Source: Octopus sinensis (Eukaryota). Taken from it: 64,000 bases of DNA. The notes under the pieces were generated by a model that worked only from the letters and a program-made list of their open reading frames with translations, did not search any database and had not been told where the DNA came from. Positions 13,119 through 25,988 of the stretch are shown one piece after another. Positions within the stretch are counted from its first letter, which is position 1. The number at the start of each line of letters is the position of its first letter. A program made the position numbers and the translations under genes. Location: contig NC_042997.1 of the NCBI RefSeq assembly GCF_006345805.1, positions 134,974,001 to 135,038,000 of the forward strand, given 5' to 3'.

Positions 13119-16100
13119 TCCAGAAATTTAGATTTTCAAATTTTGTTAATGTTGGACAGTCTACAAATCGCTAAATTACTCATGGTTATTTATATGATAA
13201 TATTATGGTAAAAGTATTTTTAGCGCAATATAAGACAGAAATGTTATAGTCAATGCACCAGGCGTAATAACATTAATGGCTCACATATGATGCAACACTT
13301 TTGTTGACTCTATTTAAAAAAATGAAATAAATGCATTTAGTATTTCGAACCTCTTCAAAATGTTGAAAACGGCGCAACTTCATTTGGAAAATATTGTCTT
13401 TTTTATTTTCAACGCACTTTCTCATCCACCCATATTGTTTTCTTTTCTTTATTTACGACCCTCTCATACTTTAGACGCCATTTATTTTCTTCATCTATAA
13501 TACTGTTTTAATTTCTGATTTTAAAACAACTCTCAAAGTAGGGACAACATCAAATTGGTGATCGAAATATACGCATTAATTTAACTCTCAAATATCCCAC
13601 AGCATCTATTTGTAATGAGATACTATTTCAGGGCACATAACACTTTAATCAGCCGGTGTTCTAAATTATTTAACATGTTGAATGCAAACGCAGTCATGAA
13701 TATTTTTGTGACAGAAATCGGCTGCACTAGGCATACTTTCATATGTTAGCCACTATATCTATCACTATTTCAGTTCTAATTACTTCATATATCATTTGAT
13801 GGATATCTCACACCTGTTATAGAATATACAAGTAAATACAAACACGTCGTTCGAATTATTGTTTTCAGAGATTTTGCGCTGGTTCCCGCTGGCGTTTTGA
13901 CTCTGATAATCTGGTGTAGTATGAGGCGGCATGCAATCAAGATTGCCCACTGATGCAATACTGTTGTTTCATTCCAACGTCTCCTTGTATCAAGTTAATT
14001 TTAGTTCTAACCCCTTCCTCTGGTTCACTGGTGTCCAATTAAGATCCTGGTTTACGTATATCTCAGGTGGAAACTTCATAACATAATTTAACTTGCATAA
14101 TCATCGCCTGCAAAATATAGCTCACATGGGGACATTTTAGTCTTCTCCGTTCAATAAAATGTCCTTACACGTGGCATAAAAGATATCTCAGGTAGAGCAT
14201 TAGTGAAGAGGCACCTACACTTGCTTGGCTGCAGTTAAGTAATTTGGTTTTAAATTTGTAATGAAGAATGGGCAATAGTTCTGTATAGTAAAATATTTAA
14301 AGAATTATAGAACAGTTTCTTTTGGTTTCATTTTTATAGCTGTATAGATTGCTTCCAACCCTTTGCTATTCTAGGAAATAATTTCATTCGGAAAAGTTTA
14401 ATCGATAAACATAATGTAGCAGTCATAGTTGGAAGCAAAGAAAAAACAAATTAACTAATTATCAGATTATATAAGGTGCAGATAAATAGTAAGTTCCTAG
14501 TGTATTCAATTTTCGACCTTGCTATTAATGGTAATCATGAAAGTTGTTTAATAATTTTTGATGGTTTCATTTCACAATGAATCAGCATATTTATTCTAAG
14601 TTTTCAATGTTCCTGAATCATTCTGTTTTCCATTTATATGTGCTTCCTCTTCAGTTCCTGTATTTTCTTTTCTCTCACTTTCCATTTTTCTATTACTGAT
14701 GCCGGAATTCTCTCGTTACATCGATATTCTCTATCTTTCTTCTATTTAGTCAGTCCTTAAGCTAATACTTCAATGTTAAAATAATTTCTGTACAATTAAT
14801 TCGTTTAATTATGGGTAGTTGAACAAAAAATTCATTTATTATTTTTGTTTTCCGCTTTCGTATTTTCATCTGCGATATAAGTTGTTGTTATTTTGTTTCG
14901 TTGTTTAGTTTTTGATTCCCTTTTTTTAGTGGCAGAGAAGCATGGAGAAAACAATGCTATTAATACGTGTGGCAAACAGATTCATTGAAATTAAACATCT
15001 TTTACTTGTACACGCAGCATATATTGACATATGCACGGTAGAGTATGTACATATTTATGACAATTTGTACACTTGCGTCTTGTAAGCGCGTTTTCCTCAA
15101 GAGGATTTTTTGAGAGATCTAGTCATTTTGATTACTCTTCCCCAAATCTATTGTTGCAAGGAAAAGCCTCGACAACGTGACAAAAATCTTAAACTAATAC
15201 TTAGATGTTATTTTGCGCATATTTTTCTTATTAAACGTGAGGAATTATGAACGTTCACAACAAAGAAACTTTCATTAAACTGTTCTTTGCATCATATGTT
15301 ACCATGGAAATAGGCTTAGGCTTAACTCACCTGAAGCCAGAAGGAAAATGTCTGAGAAACTTTATCTCTGCTGAAATTAACAAGAAAACCGATTGTATAT
15401 TCCATAACGAATAAGGCTGAGTTACTCTCAGTTTTCTCGCACGTTCTGTATATAAGAAGTATATGAGTAATAAGAGTAGAAGCAATAAGCGTCCTCAACA
15501 GTAAGAGAGATTGCTTAATTATACTATTATTCACTTAATTTTCTCGGACAAGTTGGTAAATACAACAGTAAACCATTATATGGAAACAATTAAAATACAA
15601 TTGTGAATCATGAGAGAAAGAAAGAAAGAAAGGAAGAAAGAAATAAATAAATAAGAAAGGAAGAAATAAATAAATAAATAAGAAAGAAAGAAAGAAAGAA
15701 GAAAAGAAAGAAGAAAAGAAAGAAATCATCTGGGTACAGTATCACACATTACCATTTCAGTGGCTTCGCTCCTGTTCATTTCATTTTACACTTTATACTA
15801 AGTATACTAGGGCTGTTATACACTGATGTGTTAAGAGTAGTTTCCTCATCCTGATTGTTATAATTGCATTTCGACCCTTGTAGCACCCGGCTTTAGACCC
15901 CTGTTACATTCAGTAATGTTCTCAGAATTTGGAACCGAAATATTTATTAAATCTATAGAAGCATATTGTTCTCATTCCGTTGTCCATGCCGAGTGATATT
16001 CTCTCCAGGAATTCCACAACTTGTGACGCAGCTGGTTTGTTACGCTGAAACCAGGGTACATGTAGCTTAACTAATCCAAGACTTTGACTAACGCTTGCTC

Positions 16101-16269
16101 GCTAATTAACCTGCTTTACTTTAACATTTAATCAATGCGTATATTTGTGTCTCATTTAGTTAGAGAAAATAACATTCTTATGGCTTAATGTTCTTTCTTT
16201 CATAATTAAAGGCTCCCTTCTTAGCAGCGTTCATTTCTGCGCTCTGCTAAGACCTAAGAAGAATTCTGA

Positions 16270-16607
16270 GCCCGCTTCGGTCATGACACAGTCCATGGGA
16301 TTGCACCTAAAAAGTTACCCTCCCAGGCCCAAGTCCGGGCAAGGTTGTTTTATGGAAGAGCAGCAGTCGCCCATGCATACCGGCCTCCCCTCTCCACGCC
16401 ACCAGTGTTATCCAAGGGAAAGGCAAAGGGGCCGATACAGCTTGGCACCTGTGACATCGCAACTCATTTCTACAGCTGAATGAACTGGAGCAACGGGAAA
16501 TAGAGTGTCTAGCTCAAGAACACAACACGCAGCCCGGTCCGGGATTCGAGCTCACAATCTCACGATCGTAAGCTCGACGCTCTAACCCCTGAGCCATGCG
16601 TCTTCAC
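16270..16607 (-). mobile_element. tRNA-derived SINE, family B (other copies 20692-21028 and 46663-46983, both -)
   Basis: Minus-strand head TGGCTCAG(T)GGTTAGAGC...TCGAATCCC, then GTTGTGTTCTTGAGC..GACACT..TTGCTCCAGTTCA.TCAGCTGTAGAAATGAG. Three full homologous copies. Confidence 0.9.
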
Positions 16608-17151
16608 TTAAGAAGAATATAAAGGCAAGATCAGCTGCTGTCATAAAGTAAGGCCAAACGGATAACAGGAATCCGTTATCTGCGGTGAAATAGAAAAAAC
16701 AGTCGCGGTCGATCATTTTTGAAAAGGAAAGGAAATAATCGCATTCAACACAATAGCCAAGGAATGAATGACGCTGAAAGACAAGGCGACTAAGAGAATA
16801 TGTTCATATTCTGGTCTTTGATAATCTACTCAGTTTGCAAGCTTTGTTGTTGTGGTTGTTGTTAAGCTCCAGATTGGCTCTGATCGGGATTGCTCGATGA
16901 TTACAAGTGTTCCAATCGTGACCATCCTGTACGCTAAAACTATATTGTCGAATTTTTCATTTATATTTTAATACTTTTTGGCAGTGATTGTAATAGATTT
17001 CGTCCATAATTTTAACCAGGCTAGAAGTCATTTGATTGAATGGATTATTTCCCCCATCACCTGCAGCCCCAGTTTCTATATGATAAGCTAAGCTTACAAG
17101 TGCAGCCGCCGTTGAAAAGCTGTATCTTGTTTACATTACAAGGCCAAAATA

Positions 17152-17152
<1 letters not shown>

Positions 17153-17227
<75 letters not shown>

Positions 17228-17261
17228 GCTACTGCTACTGCTACTGCTACTACTACTACTA
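17153..17261. repeat. (CTA)n/(CTG) microsatellite
   Basis: Seen directly in the sequence. Confidence 0.95.
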
Positions 17262-18168
17262 CAATGGATGGTTTTTATAAGGAACAATTGAATACGTGAT
17301 GATTATCTGAACATTGGTGAATGTTATTTACGATTGTTGAAGTAACTGAATGTCGAACGTGTCATGATTGTTCTTAACATGAAATATTTTTATTTGTATC
17401 CTTTTTTTTTTTAATATGAAAAACGAAAAAAATTACCACGGCTCTGCTTTTATTGTTTAATGAATGTCCTAGCTGTATAATGAAACTCTGAGGTAGACTG
17501 GTGACAAGTAAATTAACAAAACTGCATATCGGTGACGAGATATGGATCAGTCTCCTTTGGAAACACAAAGGTGTTGCGTGGTTACTGAACGGAAAAATAA
17601 AAGGAAAATGAAATACATCGCCAAAATTTATTGATTGATAAAGGAAACCTAACACTTGATGAACACCCATCTGCATATTCATATGTACATAGATATCCAT
17701 GTCTCTGTTTTGTGTTAACGCGTTATTTATTGTTTGCTCTCTCTCGAGGAAAATACAAAAATTAGCACGCATACACACAAACACACACACACATATATAT
17801 ACGTGTGACAGACGTTTGTAAAAGCCAGTTATGAATAATTGTATTGTTTAACTAGATAATTTCCTCATAGGTAAAGATTTCTTACTCGTTGATATCTCTG
17901 AAATTATAGTAAAGGAACGGTAACCATAGTATTTAAAAATGCTAAGCACCATCTAATTGGTTGTAATTTTGTTGGTGTCATGGCTGAAGGCCTTGGTCTC
18001 GGGGTTGTCTGTTATGTCAATGATATAGAGCTAACAGAAATCCCATTCAAAAAGACCCAACACAACAAATCGTTCATTCAGAGCCAACACAACAGCTCAT
18101 TCTGCTGTTGCTATCCCTGAAATATGCAGCACGATCACACACATTTGACAAGCAGAGGTTGTAAGAAT

Positions 18169-18263
<95 letters not shown>

Positions 18264-18300
18264 TTCTATATGTATATATATATATGTATACATATGTATG

Positions 18301-18347
<47 letters not shown>

Positions 18348-18810
18348 ATGTATATATACATATGTATATGGAGGCGCAATGGCCCAGTGGTTAGGGCAGC
18401 GGACTCGCGGTCGTAGGATCAACTGAGTTCAATTGAAGTGCACTAGTACTTAGGTATACGACTAAGTAAATCACCTGAATATAAGCAGTACTTCTAATAA
18501 TAACTAGTAAGTACGGAAGGGTAATTTATAATTTATAATACCAAGTGTTTGCAGGAGCTACAGATAATGGAATCCATCTTATTTTAACTACACGACATCG
18601 CTACAAAATAAAATGAGGCCAAGCTATTCATTTTGTCTTCATTGCTGCATTGAAACAATCGCATCTCCTTTGGCATTAAACAATGACAAAAGATTTCTGC
18701 TTTTTCGAAGTTGTTAATGTAAATGAGTAGGAATTGTTAGGAATCATGTTGCAAATATAGAAGTAAATAATGAAAAAGCGTTTCTAGAAAAATTTATATC
18801 ATAATATATA

Positions 18811-20100
18811 GGAGAAGTGTTCAATAAAGATTTCCTCTGACCCACTTCCAGTTACTGCAGGAAACGGAATATGCAGAGGTATAATTAATTATAAATGTTT
18901 CTACATGTCACATTGTAAATTACAGCTTTCCACTTGTATTCGTTTGTCTTTTACGGCTGCTGAAATGGAATAATGTGTTATAATAGAGACAGCTGAATGC
19001 TGATTAGTGATCGGGTTCTTATACTTGAAAGGTCGTACACCAAAAGTGACTTTCGATGAGATGAAAGAAGTTTATGGTGTGATGCACCATCATATAAGGT
19101 AGTCAAGCACTGATATAGCCAGTTCAAACGTGGTTGGACATCGGTGGAAACTGTAGCTATTCCTGGACGACCACATTCTGCCATTGATGACGACACCATT
19201 CATGAAGTGGAAGCTGCCATTCTGGAGGATCACCATATAACTATTCGGTAACTAGCCCAAGAAGTGAAGATAAGTATAGGATACGTGGAAAAAAATCATT
19301 CACGACCACTTGCATATGGGGAAGTTGTGTACACGGTGATTACCCTGATGCTCACACCTTTTCAGAAGTAGGAACGAATCGATTGCTCCCAAGCTCTTTT
19401 TAGCAATGTGCCAAGAAAACGAGGACATTTTCGGCAGACTTACCACACAGGATGAAACATGGTCCATCACCATGATCCTGAAACTAAAGTTCAGTCGAAG
19501 CAATGGGGACATGATAACTCACTACCTCCAAAGAAGGCTCGTGTCCAACCCTCTGCAGGCAAGGTGATGCTCACAGTCTTTTGAGACCAGCGTGGAGTAG
19601 TAAAGATGGGTGATTTTCTGGCAAAGGACACCACAATTAACAATATATATTATGCTTCTCTGCTGCGGAAATTGCGTGGCGCCATCAAAGCAGAGAGGTG
19701 TGGCATGCTGACCAAAGGAGTCCGCCTTCTCCAAGACAACATTCCAGTTCAGAATGCGCATGTTGCCCCAGATGACAGCACACTCCTGCGGTTAGAAAAT
19801 CCTTCCTAGTCCTCCTTACTCTCCCGACCTTGCACCATCTGACTTCCATCTCTTTCCATCTATGAAGTCTTTTTTTAAGGGGTGAGGACATTTTTCGGAT
19901 AATGATGAACTTATTTCCGAGGTGGAGACTTGGCTCCAGACGCAAACTACCGATGACCTCTTCACAGCTGCATAAAGCAATGAGAGAAGTGTGTCACTAT
20001 TGGTGGTGGCCATGTAGAGGAGGACTAATAAATATGCTAAGTTTCGTTTATCCCAGTCCTTGAGAAGTGGATCAGGGAAACATTTAACGAACAACTCACG
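18811..20100 (+). mobile_element. Full-length degenerate mariner (DD34D-type) transposon
   Basis: Imperfect TIRs (GGAGAAGTGTTCAATAAAGATTTCC.. and ..GGGAAACATTTAACGAACAACTCACG) are flanked by TA. Motifs TQDET, SAGKVMLTVF, TINNIYYASLLRKLR, RLLQDN and SPDLAPSDFHLF occur with frameshifts and stops. Confidence 0.92.
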
Positions 20101-21039
20101 TATGTCAAGAAATATACACTTTACAATAAATCACACACACATACACGCGCGCGTACATACACACGCGCGCTCACATACACACACACATACGCACACGCGC
20201 GCACACACTATGCAATCTAAATTATACGTTTAAAAGTGATAGATAACTGAATGATTGAAAAGAATCGCCTCTGAGGGATCAACCATGTCTTTTTCATATA
20301 ATGGACGATTGCGTTGCAGCTTATGCTAAAACCTTTCTGAACGACTTAATCTCAAATTAGCATTGTCTGCCGTTACGTTCTGAGTTCAAATTCCGCCGAG
20401 GTCGACTTTGCCTTTCATCCTTTCGGGGTCTATTAAATAAGTACCAGTTACACACTGGGGTTGATGTAATCGACTTAATTCCTTTGTCTTCCTTGTTTGT
20501 CCCCTCTATGTTTAGCCCTCTGTGGGAAATAAAGAAATAAATATTTATTTCCTCTCGTCTCTCACAACGGTCGTATTATCGCAGCGAATTAACCGCCAAC
20601 CAAAAGATCAATGTAATGTTGTCTAATATTCCTGATGTGACCACTCCACTGCTGGTTAAGATGCTGCGAAAATGCTTACGACAATCCGATAGTGACCCCC
20701 TTCGGTCAGACACTGACCATGGGTTTGCACCTAGAGAGTTACTCTCTGAGGCACAAGTCTTGGCAAGGTTGTTTCATGGAAGACCAGCAGTCGCCCATGT
20801 ATACCGGCCTCCCCTCTCCACGTCACCGATGTTGTCCAAGGGAAAGGCAAAGGCCGATACAGCTTGGCACCTGTGACGTCGCAACTCATTTCTACAGCTG
20901 AGTGAACTGGAGCAACGTGAAATAAAGTGTCTTGCTCAAGAACACAACACGCTGCCCGGTTCGAGATTCGAGCTCACAACCCCACGATCGTAAGCTCGAC
21001 GCTCTAACCACTGAGCCACGCGCCTTCAATCCGATATAT

Positions 21040-21520
21040 GACAGGTAATTGGTGTGAATCCCCTAGGCAGTTCTATTCAATTTTTCAGGCTTTTGTCAAA
21101 TTTTGTCGTCTGTTGTTGGTCTGTCGCAGAAAACTGCATCACTATGATAGAGCCGCAGTAGATCGTCAAAGAATGGGATAAAGTCTACTTCTCTCTCAAC
21201 CCAAACAGTCGACCGATGTGACATTGAAAAGCTACACACAGTTACCTGAAATGAAGTAGCACGCATCTCTCCCGGTGTCTCTGCCACCCAGAACAAGTGA
21301 ACGGCTTTCGTTCCCTCTTGCCTTAGAGCATTCACCCTAGCTCTGACAATGAAACTTATGTGTTTAGCGTTAAAAAGTAGACCAATGTCCTGTCTCGCAG
21401 TCACAACGCTTTTCCTCAGCGCCTCTTCGTCTTTACTAACTAGCTTTTCATCTATTCTAAAGTCCTTTTCCGCTATTTCTAAACTTTATCGAAATTTAAA
21501 CTAAAAGACCATTTTAGAGC
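21040..21520 (-). pseudogene. Degenerate L1/Tx1-like LINE fragment (endonuclease-RT linker)
   Basis: FIVRARVNALRQEGTK...VAE and VDFIPFFDDLLRL...FCDRPTT..I resemble the Tx1-type linker. Similarity recognised by eye only. Confidence 0.45.
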
Positions 21521-21754
21521 TAGTGACAAGCAGTGTTTGATTATTCATATCATCAATGCCTGTTTAACTAGATCCATAACCAGGTCTCTATAAACTAAGC
21601 GTGCAGAAAACGACACGTTCATTTCCATTAAATGTGTCACTGTTTATGCAGCCTATCTAGGTCGACTGCAAAATCACATATTTGTGCTGTGTGTAGTCGG
21701 CCAATTCGCCCTCTACAACACATATTTGCTATCCTACACAATATCCTGTTTATA

Positions 21755-23154
21755 TAGTGTGTACCAAAATAATCTGACACATTTCGAGGCTTAATAAAAG
21801 CACAAAATAAGAAATAATGAAAAGAAAAATTTTAAATGTATTTATATATTTAAAAATATTGTTATATTTCGGAATGGTCATTTTGCCAGTTTAGCCAATA
21901 AAAAATCTTGCACAACAAATATTTAAACGTACTATATTTAAAAAGTTTTATCTTTATTTATTTTCAGAATATCCTTATGAACTGGACTGGCGAGCATCGC
22001 GCATTCATTGTTGAAACATTTTTCAAAAGCAACGAATCGGTAACTGCAACACAAAGTGCATTCCGTTTGCACTTTAAGCTCAAAAGACATGATAATCTAC
22101 CTACTCGTAACACAATCTTCTTATGGGCTGCCAAATTTAGAGCAATTGGGTCAACATTAAAAAGAAAATCACCAGGCCGCACAAGGTCCGCCAGAACTCC
22201 GGCAACTATCGATGTGGTAAATGCCTCAATTCAGCAATCTCCGAAACGTTCGGCACGAAGACACGCCAATCTCTCGGTCTTTCGAAAAGCAGTTTGAGTA
22301 GAATTCTTCGCAAGAATTTGAAAATGCATCCATACAAAATGATGCTGGTACAAGAACTCAGTGAGACAGATTATGAAAATCGCAGATTATTGTGCACAGA
22401 AAAACAACAACATCTCCCACGCACCGCTTTTGTAAATTTTAGTGATGAAGCACATTTTCACTTGTGGAAATGTCAACAAGCAAAATTTCCGTTATTGGTC
22501 ACAAACCAACGAAAGTAAGTTTCAAGAACGCCCCTTGCATAGTCCCCATGTAACCGTATGGTGCGCTTTATCAGTTTGGCATTTGGGGGCCTATACCTTT
22601 TTGAAAACGAAAATGGTAGAGTGACTGTTACTTCTGAGCGATATTGTGTGTTGCTAAACACATTTTTAAGAACCAAATTGGATGAAATTAAAGACAGAAA
22701 TAAAACAGGATGGAACAACGGCGCATACTTCCAGACGTTCATTTGGAATTTTAAGGGAGTTGTTCCCTGATCATTTGATTTATTTGCGCGGTGATCTTGG
22801 TTGGCCTGCAAGATCTCCTGATTTGAACCCGTGTGATTTCTTCTTGTGGGGATATTTAAAATCAAAAGTATTCCGTCATCACCCTCGATCTATTGATTAA
22901 TTAAAACGTGCAATTTGTGTAGAAATAGCAACCATTCCAGAAGAAATGATCCATAAAGTTATCGATAACTTTAATCAACGCTTCCAACAGTGTGTTGACA
23001 ATGATGGGAAGCATTTAGCTGATTTAATTTTAAAACTTAATTAAATAAAATTTCATTATATGTACGTTCAGAAAATAAATTTTTCTTTCCATTATTTCTT
23101 ATTTTGTGCTTTTATTAAGCCTCCAAATGTGTCAGATCATTTTGGTCCACTCTA
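21755..23154 (+). mobile_element. Tc1/mariner superfamily DD41D (rosa/Visitor-type) transposon with about 80-bp TIRs; frameshifted transposase
   Basis: TIR TAGTGTGTACCAAAATAATCTGACACATTT.. is mirrored at the right end, with TA flanks. ORF from ATG 21977 (MNWTGEHRAFIVETFF), then SDEAHF, NKQNFRYW, PLHSPHVTVWCA and QDG..WPARSPDLNPCDFFLWGYLK. There are 41 residues between the 2nd and 3rd Asp. Confidence 0.93.
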
Positions 23155-23715
23155 TATATGATCTAGATGAGCTGATAGTGTTTCTCCTTGTCAACAATGG
23201 CACATTAGAGAAATGCAGCCAGTACTGTCTGACAGTTGAAAACATCTTAGCAACTTTCGATAACAGATACTTTTTAAAAGTACACCCCAGAAAAATTCAC
23301 GAAGGGTGATACAAAACGGAACTAATAACCTCCCCACAACTCTAATCAGCTTCTTGGAAATTTCCTAGCATAAATCTTTAAAATACAGTTAAAACAATAA
23401 ATTATACGAGCGTGTTGAAGTGCGTGTTTCCTATACCAAAAGAACAAGATAATAAACAACAGTGATAGAACAGATATGTACAAGGCAGGCGTAATCTGTA
23501 AGACATACTAGTTATATATTGACTCAATACTTAGGAGAAACTGCACAAGAAATAGAAAACTTAAAAGGCGACGACCACTACACTAGGTTTAACACGAGTA
23601 AAGGAATAACAGGGGCAGAGAATATGCCCATGAAATTAGACCAACTTGAACAAAATATGAATGGGATTCCTGTCAACTTCAGAGGATAGAAAGACAGCAA
23701 CGCAAAATAGATATA

Positions 23716-23782
<67 letters not shown>

Positions 23783-23790
<8 letters not shown>

Positions 23791-23967
23791 ATGAGGGTGT
23801 CTAAAAGACACCAACATGCCGAAATAGCAGTCGAAACACTGACTATAGTACCACGTTAAATGTTCATATCGCACCATGCGATATGAACATTTAACGTGGT
23901 ACTATAGTCAGTGTTTCGACTGCTATTTCGGCATGTTGGTGTCTTTTAGACACCCTCATTTTTAATT
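23783..23967. repeat. 185-bp perfect palindrome (91-bp arms, CCA loop) next to (TA)n, with a truncated hammerhead-like core
   Basis: AATTAAAAATGAGGGTGTC...ATATCGCA-CCA-TGCGATAT...GACACCCTCATTTTTAATT. Each arm has ATGA-GG..[GGTGTC-TAAAA-GACACC]..CC-GAAA-TAGCA-GTC, lacking the initial CTG. Confidence 0.9.
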
Positions 23968-24058
23968 GTTAAAAATTCTTTTACCTTTGTAAGGTATTTC
24001 TTTCATGCTGGCCACTTGATAATTTCGACACTTAAATATCGATATTATCCTCATATAT

Positions 24059-24119
<61 letters not shown>

Positions 24120-24339
24120 GTATATATATATGTATATATGTCTGACTGTCTGTCTGGCTGTATGTATTTATGTGTCTGAAATAAGATAATAAAAATACAA
24201 AACAAATGACAGTCCCATGACATGTGTCACTTATTTCTCTACTGTCGGTAAATAAGCGAAACAAGGCAGTAGTCGGTGTAGTAGAAAAAGAGGTTTGCCA
24301 CAATGCAGATAAACCAAAAGCGGACAAATAACTTGGTGA

Positions 24340-24661
24340 AAAGGACTGATAGAAGATACTTAGAAAAAAAAGAATCATTAAATCGCTAGAAAGAAAATAC
24401 GACGTGGAAAGAGAATACAAAAGAATAAATGTAATTAAAGAACTGAAGCAAAAAGTGACAGCCAAGGCACTTAGAGTAAAATGATATAGAATAGAACAGT
24501 TCGGTTCCAGCAATGTAATCAGGGGATTGTTTGAAAAATAGGATTTGAGGGAATAGAAAGAGACTTTCTGCTAATCTCGGCATATGGTGCGGAGATAAGC
24601 AAGACATTTTGGAGTGACATATCGAACGAGAAAAATATCCTAAACGAAGAAGCAGGGTGAA

Positions 24662-24756
<95 letters not shown>

Positions 24757-24980
24757 ATAATAATAATAATAATAATAGCCACCATACAAACCATCAAGCA
24801 AAAGGTATCTGCTAAAGCTGCCCGCATAGCGAGGTATGAAAAGCGTGTTAGATTCTTCAAGGACAACATGTTCAAAAATAACCCCAAAACTTTTTACAGG
24901 AAGATAGGAAAAACACCAGTTGCTGTAAAGTCTGTACCATCAAAAGAAGAAGTGCAGGGATTTCGGAATAAAATTTGGGC
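24340..24980 (+). mobile_element. Two N-terminal fragments of an R4/Dong-like ORF joined by a (TAG)n(CTA)n(TAA)n tract
   Basis: ELKQKVTAKALRV.. and IKQKVSAKAARIARYEKRVRFFKDNMFKNNPKTFYRKIGK...PSKEEVQGFRNKIW, the pre-RT region of this family. Followed by (ATT)n. Confidence 0.7.
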
Positions 24981-25044
<64 letters not shown>

Positions 25045-25770
25045 TTTTTTTTCATCACACACACCAAAATGTCTGACAATCCACTGCAGAAGACTGTTGA
25101 ATACATACTCATATGATAAGACAACAAAGACAGAATGAAAAATATACTGGAATTAGAATTGCTATAGAAATTCAACAATAGAAATAGTAAAATATAAAGG
25201 AACGGATCGTGTATTAAATAAAAGACAGTTCCTTGGGATACGAGATAGCTTAAATAACATTTTTTAATATTTATATAAAAATCCATCTCGCCGTAAGCTG
25301 TTTTCGTTACCGTGAATATTACTACATAATGGCGATATATTTGTGGCATTAGCTTCTCAAGCAACTTGCTTGTAAGAGCTGATTTGAGATGCATAATAAA
25401 AGAATTAAGTAATCATGAGTGTGAGCAATATTCAATTACTTCCATTAATTCGTTTTCTATTGAGTTTGTTGACCGAACGACTTACTTCTTTGTTTTTGAT
25501 AATAACATTAATAATAAGCACTGAACCGACATAAAAGAAACATGAATGCCATGTTTAGAGGATTAAGTCTAATCATTATTCTGCATTAAAAGTCTACTTT
25601 GTATTTTTTCGGGACAACAAGCCTGAGAGCAGATCTACATGGTAAAATGGAGCCATATTTGGTCTTTCTAATTGAGGATATCGCTCGAAGTGTATTGAAG
25701 AACATACTGATCGAAGATCTCTCAGAAATCAATTCAAGAGGATCAAGATGAATTGAACAAACTTAAACAA

Positions 25771-25988
25771 TAGAGGGAGTGCTGACAATTTCCTGGCTTT
25801 AAGGGTGTCGAGAAAGGCCTGGCTGGAGATCCAATCTTCCAAGTTCTTTTATAAGACTTTAAAAAATTTGAAGACCCGCTGCAATGTGTGTAAATCTGAG
25901 AGGGGAATATGTTGAATAAAATCATAATTAATTGATCCTCCTCTGTTTCTTTTTAATCAAACCCGGAAAATTTTCAGAACCTCTCTTA
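25771..25988 (+). mobile_element. Mariner-derived MITE
   Basis: Imperfect TIRs (TAGAGGGAGTGCTGACAATTTCCTGG / CCCGGAAAATTTTCAGAACCTCTCTTA). The interior retains a transposase C-terminus (CV.LRGEYVE*). Confidence 0.75.

Noticed and set aside
15331-15445. Minus-strand exon-like segment (TACAG acceptor, CAG|GTGAGT donor; LFVMEYTIG loosely like SLC6 TM2)
   Set aside because: It does not start with the required G-A-F-L-I-P-Y continuation, and its 115-nt length is not frame-preserving. At best a cryptic exon.
17374-17790. 138-aa minus-strand ORF
   Set aside because: Starts in a CA repeat and has no recognisable motif.
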